NCBI RefSeq assembly: GCF_009914755.1
Contig: NC_060928.1
Length of the DNA: 64,000 bases
Source of the DNA: the human T2T-CHM13v2.0 reference genome, Homo sapiens
Strand: one strand, 5' to 3'
The first letter of the stretch is position 1. Every line of letters begins with the position of its first letter. The notes under the pieces were generated by a model. That model searched no databases and had not been told where the DNA came from. It saw only the letters and a list, made by a program, of their open reading frames with translations. Positions 53,510-64,000 of the stretch are shown one piece after another. A program made the translations under genes and the position numbers.

Positions 53510-54072
53510 ATGAGTTATATAGTGGCTTAAAACAACACTCATTTATTAACTCACAGTTCTGTAAGTCAGAAGTTCAGCACAATATGCCTGGAATATCACA
53601 AAGCTGAAGATGTTGAGTGGACTGAGTTCTTATCTGGATGCTCTGGGGGAAAATCTGCTTCCAAGTTCATTCTGTTGGTGGTGTTTATAGGACTGAGGTC
53701 CCTGTTTCTTTGTTGGATGTGACCTGGGGGTTGTGCTCAGCTCCAGAGATAGCCTGAATTCCTTTCATATGGTCTCATCCCTCTTGAAGCCAGCAATGGT
53801 GCCATGAATTCTTTTCATGCTTTGAGTCTCGGACTTCCTCTTCAACCAGCCAGAGAAACTTCTGTGCTTCTTAAAGTGATGATGTGATTAAGTCATTCCC
53901 TTAAAATAATTTTCTTACTTTAAGATCAACTGATTTGGAATCTTATTACATTTGTAAAATTTCTTTACAGCAATGCCTAAACCAGTGTTGGATTGTATCA
54001 ATTAGCTAGGAGTGGGAGGTACACTAAGGGCTAAGAATCTTAGGGGGCCATCTTCAAATCCTGCCTACCACA
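53510..54072 (-). mobile_element. MLT1E-like MaLR LTR
   Basis: agtggcttaaaacaacac..ctcacagttctgta..ctggggaaaaatctgcttccaag..gggggccatctt..ctgcctaccaca. Confidence 0.85.
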
Positions 54073-56254
54073 GGGGCAACAAGTTACCTCAAAATGTTGA
54101 TTATTACAGAATATTGACTTCCTGTATGTAAGACAAGAAATAAATTTGATAGGGTAAATATAAAATGACTTATAAATTGTGAATGTTTCATTTATTACTC
54201 ATCCAAATACTGCTGCTCCATCAATAGAATATCAAAAGGTGGGCAATTTAGTTGTCTTTGATTTTTGTGCCAATGTTTAATATTATAAAAATAATAATTT
54301 TATACATATGTTTAATTTTGTAATTATGAAGATACATTTGTCCAGAGAAGGATATTCGACTTAATAATTTGTTTTTCTAATTTATGACTTTTACATGTTT
54401 AAATTATGGTATAAGGGGAATCCTGGAAATTGGCCTGCTCTTCTCCCAATAAATAAGTCATGCTTTTTTTTTTTTTAAGGCTAAGTGATTAAGGTGCTTA
54501 AATGTGGGACATTTATAGAACAAGACAATTTGTTCCCTGCTATCCTTTGATTCCCTTAGCTTACTTAAAGTGTCTCCAAGCCTGCTAAATAACAGATTTC
54601 TTATACACAAAGCATTCCTACAGCAACTCCTGGTGGATTTCTTCTAAGTGATACCCCTGAACCTACCTGTTCTGAACTACAGAATAAATAAAATGCTCCT
54701 GCTGAAAAATAGTTTTCCAACTAACTTCTCACCCTTTATATTCAACAATTCCATTGGTGCCACAGTAAGATATGGTCAAGGTCTTTGTACAGAACTATCT
54801 AGTTGAAGTAATTTTTTACTAGTTTATTGTACTGGCCCTTTTTTCTTCTAAGATTTCCTATTATTATTTTTTCCCAATGAAGCTTTACTTAGCAACATCT
54901 CAAGCATTGTCATGAAGTGACGTGAACTCGTTAAACAGTCTGAGAGAGCTTCTGCCACAAATTTACCTGAGGTAGCTTCCTTAAGCTATCTCTTTTTTTC
55001 CTCCCCCCATTACCTATCAGCAGCAGCAGTAATTGTGAGTTGCAGGGATGGGTTCGCTATATGTTCTTTACCACATACAAGTAACTCATCCATACAAGCC
55101 TTATAAACCATATATTAAATATTAAATATTAAATGCACAATATTTAAGGTTATTTGTCAATGATAGTCCTATGTCCTCTATTTGAGACGTTAAAGTTATG
55201 GTATTTTGGTTAATTAAACTTCCAAAAATTATTAAGGAAACATGATCTGACCATTACAGATTCATATACGGCAGCAGAGGACTGAGTCAGGAAATCAAGA
55301 ATGCATGTTTACCATAAAATTCAACAGCTTGGCCACTGCCTCTGATACATGCCTATAATTCCACTTAGTGATTATCACATGGCACTGTTTCCAAATATTG
55401 TCAGAAATCTTAAATTTCTGATTGCTGATTAGTTGCACACAAGGTCCAAGTCACAACTAATCCATAGCTAAACCTCTAGTATGTTTATCTTTTTCAACCA
55501 CTCTCTAAAATTCTGCAAAGTGTTGGTGGCATTTTGCTTACTGTGAGACTTCAAAAACATCTCAACTCCCCTGTGGCTGGAATAGGTTGGCACTCAAACT
55601 AGAACCTTTTATGTCCAGTGTCCATTATATTAATAATGTTGCCTCAGATCAGTTAGATTTATTGTCTTCAGATACCCAGACCATGTTTTAAATAATTGTA
55701 CTAAGATTTTCTATTTAACTAAGTCACATTACTGCCCAAATGAAGGCAAGTCCTAATCTTGATTACATTTTTAAAGTGTAATTATCTGGGAAAGAGAAAA
55801 GAAATAATAACAGAGATCTTATGTTTGTCCTGATGGCCACATGCTGAGAAGTTGGGAGGTATTTAAATTTAATATCCATTAGGAATTCACCAAGCAGGCC
55901 TGAACTTAGTGCAAGGATCTCTAATTTATGAAACTATCTTGAGGCTTCTGTGAGCAAATGTAGGTCTCTGTGCTCTCCTATCCCCTGGCAAGGGAGGGGT
56001 ATGCACTTTTGTTTCATTATGCGTTACTTCCTAAATTGTAAGTTATCATTCTCTAAAAGTCTGTAACACCAAGAAATAATATCGCAGCACATGGAGAGAA
56101 TAAGCAATTGGATTTCCTTTTCTCACAGGTATGGTCATGACTTAGGTACACGTGGGGACTGAATTAAGATTGAATGCGTTGTATTTTAAGTCAGAGAAAC
56201 ATGATGAAAACAAAAAGCATGCAGTTGTGTTCACTAAATTATCTTTCATTTTGG

Positions 56255-56728
56255 TTAGTAAAGGAAAAAATATTGAAGATTGTTATGTTAAAGAGACTGA
56301 AAACAAAGGGCAAGACTCTGCCTCAGCTCTCTCTGCCTGATGACAGGACATCAGTCCTTGCTTATTGGAGACAGCACTTGCTTATCAGCCCAGGGAAGGC
56401 ACCAGCAGACACCAGAGGAACTTGGGAATGGATTTTACTATCTCCCCACATTTTCCCACCATTTAAAAGACTGAAACTTCTCTCTCTTTTTTCTCTACAT
56501 AGGATTTATGGCTCTTTGTTAAAATACTATTAAATTCAAGCAAGGTCCCTGAGCCACAGCTTTGAGAGAGAAATACTTTTGAACTGAGGCCTCTCCTGTG
56601 TGATAGAACAGCACATGTTAATAAGCTTATGCTTATTTTTCTTTTGTTAATCTGACTTTTATTTTCAGGAACATGTCTGAACTAAGAATCTTAATAGGAA
56701 AGGGAACGAAATTGTTTCCTTCCCTATA
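56255..56728 (+). mobile_element. MER34C-like ERV1 LTR
   Basis: aagcaaggtccctgagccac..gagagagaaatacttttgaactgaggcctctcc..cttttgttaatctgacttt..aactaagaa. Confidence 0.75.
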
Positions 56729-56736
56729 CTAGCTAA

Positions 56737-57582
<846 letters not shown>

Positions 57583-60063
57583 AACTATAGACACAGAAAC
57601 AGCAACACTCTATTTTGAAATTGAGTTCAGAAGGATACATACTCAGAAATGCCAAAACTTTGGGGTTGATTAATGTCAAACTCTTACCCTATTTTCTGAC
57701 TCCCAGGAGATAACTAACACTTGTGTTGCAACTTCAAAATTGTCCTTCGATTTATTCTAGTTAATGACTAATAGTACTCTAGCTGTACTTCCCTAATGGA
57801 TTTTAAAAGCTCCCAGAGAGAAGTATGATCTTAAAATGTACCCTTAATGTATGGTGGCCCACCTTAGACATTTAAATATTTATTACTACAATTTTCTTGG
57901 GAAGAACATGCTGTATATCTTTAATAGATAAGGATAACTTAGACCAGCAAAGTATCTAAATGTGAATATTATAAAGATAGGAAAAGAGTTTACAGTACAG
58001 GCTGCACATTCTCTCACTCTGAAGGCCTTGTGTGTATATGCATGTGTATATGGTTAATAACTGTGTGAATCTCAGGCAGGAGACACTTTTGAGGGAACCA
58101 CAAATCTTTGTCTTTTATGTAGCTTTGGCAAAACTAGGTGACTGTATTGGTGCTTAAAGTGACCACTAAAAAATCAAGAGCTTTATGGCAACCTAGGACT
58201 CCTGAAATGATATGAACAACTCAGAAAATCACAATAAATATAATTAATAAAATAGTAGATAACATCTATTTATTTTAATTTGAATTGTAACTCATCACCT
58301 CTCCTACTAAGGCTCATCTTTCTGTGCAGTTAGGTTAAAAAAAAAAGTTGTGTTTTATTTTGCTCAGTTAAACCAAGTGGCAGGTACTTCTCTGCACTGC
58401 CTCTTCTCTCTACAGCTCTTGGTGCTGCCTGGGGCTGCCACTCACTCTGTGATTACCCCCAGAATCCCAATGCCACTGTTGTTTCATTATCGTGTTGCAA
58501 TTGTCATAGAGGGGAAGTCTCAGTTCTCTCTTCCATAATTTCCTATGCCACCACCCAAAAACAAAGGGTTATGGAGTCAGTGAAGGTTTCATGATAATTA
58601 GAGAAATTTCAGGCTGAAATAATAGTGTGGGAGATGATCAGGAAACCGAAGACTAAATGCTAATGTTCGAGAAAAAGAGGAAAAACTTCAGAAAAATCCT
58701 GCATGGACTGCTTCGAGTTGCTAGTCTGTTTTCATCTGGAATACAATCCCCAAAAATCCTTTCTAGAGAAGGTATCCCATTTCAATCTTTCATCCCTAAC
58801 CTTGAGGTTGGTGTCAGGCTCCAAATCTTGCTTTCTCTCCCCAAATAGGGGAACTCTCAGGTGCAAATAACCTATAAGGTCACATTGATTTCCCAAAGAC
58901 CAAAACATTCAGAAAAATCTAGGCTGGCTTTTCATGCCCCAAATCAGATTTTCTTTGTGATTCTACATTTGCTGTCTGGGATGGACCCCATTATTTTACT
59001 GGGTTGCTCCTGCCACTAGTTTCTCAAGTGAAAACAAAAAGCAAGTCTCTGCATTAGACATCTGTTCTGGTAGCTCTAAAGCTTGGTTGTCTGTGATCTC
59101 CTCAGATCAGTGGAGAATGATAAAGAGCTATGGGACAACAAAGAAACAAATGGTCAGACAACAATAAAAAGTGACACATCATACAAGAAAAACAAATAGG
59201 AAAAATTAGAACAACATAGATGTCTGGTACAATTTGGTAAAAAAGCAAGATACACCTTACACAAATGTTAAATGAAGGATGGGGTTAGGAGGAGAAGAGA
59301 TTTTTCCATATTATACTCCACAAATGATGTAAAGTCATGACCTGTATCATCAAGTAGAAATTTCATTATTATATTTAACATTTTTTATTAAATCAGGGAA
59401 AGATAATAAACTAGGAAGCTACTTATATATTTTTAAATATTTGTGAAAAGGTGCTCTAAATTATATTCTTATCCTTCATTTAACTTCTGGTTGATTTCAT
59501 TGTTTCTGAATCAACTTAATTTATGTTATTATATTACAATATCAGCTAAGTAACTTCAGAACTAAGATGTTGTCTTTTTCCTTACTCTGGCTTATGCTGA
59601 CATTCAATTATGTAATAGCATAAAAGTGAACCTTTTGAGAAGAAAGATTCACTTATTTTTCTTGAGATATATTTGGCTAATAAACCACTATTTAGTAAAT
59701 ATTAAACACCTCCCTAAATAATTAAATGATTAAACTATTGTTATATTGATTACTATTATATTAATAATTATTATTGTTTATTGTTATAAATTACTAAATA
59801 CTGTTTTGTTGGGGGCACCTTTGGTAGCTTAATATATTTTTATCAAGTCGATTTTCATTTAATTTTGTAGTTGGGTCCTCCAGTTCTGGACTTCACTGGC
59901 ATCACAAACCTGTCATCTCATTTATCACTCTCTCAGCCTGCTCTAGACTAGACATATCATTGAAATGGAAAACAGCTATTGACTCTAAAGTCTTCTGGTT
60001 TATTACGAAACAGACTACTATCTGTATCTTTATCCTGTCCCTAATTATCTGAGATGGAAACTA

Positions 60064-60792
60064 CAGTTAGCCTTTGAACAACATGGGTTTGAACCGCTTG
60101 GAGCCACTTATATACAGATTTTCTTCTGCCCCTAGTACGCCTGAGAGAGCAAGACCAACTCAACCCCTCTCCTTCCTCCTCCTCCTCCTTCTCTGTCTAC
60201 TCAATCTGAAGAAACAAGGATGAAGATTTTTATGATGATCCACTTCCACTTAGTAAATATATTTTTTCTTCCTTGTGGTTTTCTTATAACATTTTCTTTT
60301 CTCTAGCTTATTTTAGTGTAAGAATACAGTATATAATACACTATGCATAACATATAAAATAGGTGTTAATCTTCTGCTTATGTTATTGGTAAGGCTTCCA
60401 GTCAACAATAAACTATTAATATTTAAGGTGTGGTGCAATCAAAAGTTATATGTGGAGCTGGTGTCTAACATCTGTCATCTCAGCAATTTGGGTGGCCAAG
60501 GGAAGGAGGATCGCTTGAGGCCAAGAGTTCAAAACCAGCCTGGGCAGCATAGTAAGATCCCCATCTCTACCAAAAATTTGAAAATAAAAATTAGCTAGGT
60601 GTGGTGGCCTATAGTCCTGGCTGAGAGGCTACAGACAGGAGGATCACTTGAGGGAGTTCAAGGCTGCAGTGAGATAAGATCACGCCACTGCACTCCAGCC
60701 TGAACAACAAAGTGAAACCCAAGATATATGTGAATTTTCAATTGCCCAAGAAGTCGTTGTTCCTATTCTCTACATTATTCAAGGATCAACTG
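60064..60792 (+). mobile_element. Tigger2a (MER28) TcMar DNA transposon, split by AluJ
   Basis: TIRs cagttagcctttgaacaac / ttattcaaggatcaactg with TA on both sides. Internal gaagatttttatgatgatccacttccactta. Confidence 0.88.
60455..60720 (+). mobile_element. AluJ lacking terminal nucleotides and poly-A
   Basis: ggaggatcgcttgaggccaagagttc..aggctgcagtgag..gtgaaaccc. TSD aagttatatgtg/aagatatatgtg. Confidence 0.9.
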
Positions 60793-61274
60793 TATTTAGT
60801 TTCTCTTTGTCCTCATTTGCTCAACAGGAAAATTAGAAAAATTTCCTCTCTTAATTTCAATGTTGATGTGAAAATGTATTTTAAAGAGCAGTATTTGAAA
60901 TTGATTAAAGCCAGATTATTGTTTTTATTATTTTGAATGCTTATAAGAATATGGCTGTTGCCTAATGAGAAAATTTTTTTTAATTATTTTCTTACACAAC
61001 TCTTCTCTCATAAAAGAAGGACAAAAATATGGCTTCAGAATCCCGATTGATGGCTTGGAATTTATTATCTTATAAAAATCCTGAGGTAACCTATAGTGAT
61101 GTTATCAGAATTTCTTAACCCATATGAACTCTAGTGGAAAAAAACAATTTCCCACCTACATCACACAAATAAGTTTTCCTGATTCTGCTTTCTGGCATAC
61201 ATGTTTGAAAAGGGGCATAGTAAAAATCTTGAGCGATAGAGAATTAAGATTTGATGATGATTCTATCACAAATA

Positions 61275-62570
61275 ATAACCAATTCAACAGTTTCATTGAG
61301 TGCCAGATACTGCTAAATGCTCTAGAGGATACTATCATGAGTGAGGCAAGACATATTGATGTAAAACTAACATTAGGATAATGTTAAACAGTAACCTGGG
61401 GCATGGTGCAGTGGCTCATGCCTATAATCCCAGCAATTTGGGAGGCCAATGCCAGAGGATTGCTTGAGCCCAGGAGTTTAAGGCCAGCCTGGGCTCCGTA
61501 GGGAGACCCCGTATCTACAAAAATAAACAATTAGTCGGGTGTGGTGGTGTACGCCTGTGGTCCCAGCTACTTGGAAGGCTGAGTCAGGAGAATCGCTTGG
61601 GTGAGGTCAAGGCTGCAACGAGCCATGATCGTGCCACTGCACTCCAGCCTGGGTGACAGAGCAAAAGCCTGTCTCAAAACAACAAAACATGTGAAAGGGA
61701 TTGAGTTGTTAATTCTTCTGGAGAGTATTGAGGAAGACTTTGCATTAAAAGAATGTGAGATCTGAGTCTTGAAGATGAGTTGAATTTTGAAAGAAGAGTA
61801 ACAATAAAGGGTTTTCTAGTTCTATATATTCTATATAATATGTATATATAACATGTATATATTTTTGTTGCTTGTATATATGCAAAGGAATGAAAATAGC
61901 ATCTTCATGGAACAATGAGAAATTTAGTGGTTTGAAAATTCAGCAGGCTTATGAAGAACATTTGTGGGGAATAGATTGAAAAAGTAGACTTAGGGTTCAG
62001 ATTGTGGGATTATTCTGAATGTCATATTACTTTTGGACTTTATTTTATGGGTCATGAAAAAATACTGACATTTTTAAGTATGAGGACAAGATTTGTGGGT
62101 GACAAGCAGTTTGTCTTTCAGCAGTTCAGTCAACGACTGACTGGGTAAGGACGGGGTAAGGAGATGAGGATAATCTAAAAAGAGACAGACTGAGCTGGTT
62201 GCTCTGTTAATAAGGAGAAGAGGAAATATAATTAAGAGGGTTTCAGAAAAGTGATCAGTACAACTTGTTGAAATACTGTACATAAGAGAAAAAAGAATCA
62301 CAGATAACTGTGGGACATGATAGACTAGATATCTTGGGTAAATGGTGATGTCATTTAGTGAGATAAAAAACTAGCAGGAGGAACACATTGGCAAGAGTTA
62401 TTAAGTAGTGTTCTGTTCAGGTGTAGTTATCTAGTAGAAAGTGACTTTTTAAAAATGGAACTGTTCTGGGTGCTGAAAAATCTATGGTATAGCTCTATGA
62501 CTGGATTTCTGAAGCATAGTAGAGACGTAGGTTTCAGAGTAAAGATATAAATAGTAAATTCATTAATTTT
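61275..62570 (-). mobile_element. L2 fragments
   Basis: attcaacag..tgagtgccagatactgcta..tgagtcttgaagatgagt..atggtgatgtcattt..gagata. Confidence 0.65.
61400..61688 (+). mobile_element. AluJ
   Basis: gaggattgcttgagcccaggagttt..gaggtcaaggctgca..gtctcaaaac. Confidence 0.93.
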
Positions 62571-62667
62571 TATAAGGTAATATCAAGGTGTTAGCTGGAA
62601 ATAGAGTAACATTTTTTTCCTGGACAATAATTTTTTAAAATTTCACCCTCAAATCACACCCTCTAAA

Positions 62668-62991
62668 TTGGTGGTTCTCATAGCACGGTCATTAGAGCAG
62701 CAGCAATTTGGAAGTTGTTAAAAATATAACATATTATACCCCAACCATTACCTAATACATTAGAAACTGGACATCGAGGTCCCAAATCTGTGTTTTCACA
62801 AGCTCATCAAGTGATTCTGATTCATACTTGGTGGCACATTGTAATCACCTGGGAACTTTAAAAATACAGTGATGGCTGGACTCACCTCCAATAATTCTGA
62901 TGTAATCAGGTGTATGGCCTAGGCATCAGGACTGGAAATTTCAGAAGTTTCCCAAGGTAATTGTAATGTGCAAATAGGGCTAGAACCACTG
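62668..62991. mobile_element. MER5A followed by MER5B (hAT-Charlie)
   Basis: gtggttctca..cagcagca..aatctgtgttttcacaagc..gtgattctgat, then aatcacctgggaactttaaaaatac..ctagaaccactg. Confidence 0.75.
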
Positions 62992-63084
62992 CATTAAAGA
63001 TTAACAACAAAAAAACAAAATCAAGAGGATTATTTCTCAAACGTTAAAGTGAAAAACCAAAGGGACATTTCTGTTTGTCAAATA

Positions 63085-64000
63085 AGTTTTATTTTGTGTT
63101 TAATTGGCTTGTAATAATTGTATGACTTATGGGGTACACTGTGATGTTTATATATATGTGTATGTGTATATATATATAAACATATATATACATTGTATCA
63201 GGGTAGTAAGCAATATCCGTCACCTCAGCCTCTTGTCATTTCTTTGTTGTGAGAACACTCAAAGTCATCTCTTTTAGCTATTTTAAAGTATACAATACAT
63301 TACTTTTTTATTGTTATCACTCTACTGTGCAATAGAACACCAGAACTTATTCCTTCTATCTAACTGTAATTTTGTTTTAACTAATTTATTTCTATACCCT
63401 CACTCTGCACTCTCCCCAGTCCCTGGTAACCACTATTCTACTCTCTACTCCTATGACATCAAGTGTTTTAGATTCCACATATGAATGAGATCGTGCACTA
63501 TTTATCCTTCTTTGTTTGCCTTATTTCACTTAACATAATGTCCTCTAGGTCCCCCATGTTTTTGTAAATGACAAGATTTTGTTATTTTTGTGGCTGAATA
63601 GTATCCCATCGTGTATCACATTTATTTAACACATTCATCTGTTGAGAAACACTTAGGTTGATTCCATATCTTGGGATTGTAAATAGCAGTGCAATAAACA
63701 TGAAAATGCAGATGTCTTTTTGACATACTAATTCCATTTCCGTTGGCTATATACCCAGTAGTAAAATTATTGGATCATATGGTAGCTTCATTTTAAATTT
63801 TTTGAGGAACCTTTATACTGTTGTCCATAATGGCTATACTCCTTTACACCTCCATCAACACTGTGTAGGAGTTCTCCTTTCTCCACACCCTCACCAGCAT
63901 TTGTTATTTTCTTGTCTTTTTTCATAGTAGCCATTAAAACTAGGTTGAAGTAATAGCTCATTGTGGTTTTGATTTGCATTTCTCTGATAATCAAAGATGT
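63085..64000 (-). mobile_element. L1MA4/5-like 3' region, continuing past the window end
   Basis: ttatggggtacactgtgatgttt..ctactgtgcaatagaacaccagaacttattcc, and an ORF2 C-terminal remnant ([12 protein letters not shown]). Confidence 0.88.

Noticed and set aside
63144-63183. 14-bp-arm inverted repeat
   Set aside because: Mostly due to self-complementary (TA)n sequence.

Overview
AT-rich, CpG-poor primate genomic DNA. An AluY implies a catarrhine or hominoid, most likely human. It is intergenic or deep intronic. I can support no protein-coding gene, rRNA, tRNA or CRISPR array, and the supplied ORFs are transposon-derived or chance ORFs. Roughly half of the window is interspersed repeats. The largest is a full-length ancient L1MA3-type LINE (39188-49318, TSD intact) carrying a complete LTR-int-LTR THE1A element and an AluSp. 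There are also four 5'-inverted (twin-primed) L1PA inserts, several nested MaLR/ERV LTRs, Alus, MIR, L2 and DNA-transposon fossils. Structure not explained by repeat annotation includes a hairpin-rich ~90-bp segment duplicated 2.8 kb apart, a 100-bp fold-back inverted repeat at an L1 5' junction, a perfect 28-bp palindrome, two tail-less Alus that keep TSDs, a pure (TTTCA)n tract, a motif-intact solo LTR and a few candidate orphan exons. I found no convincing new biological system. Subfamily names come from recalled consensus sequences, and boundaries of old repeats are approximate.
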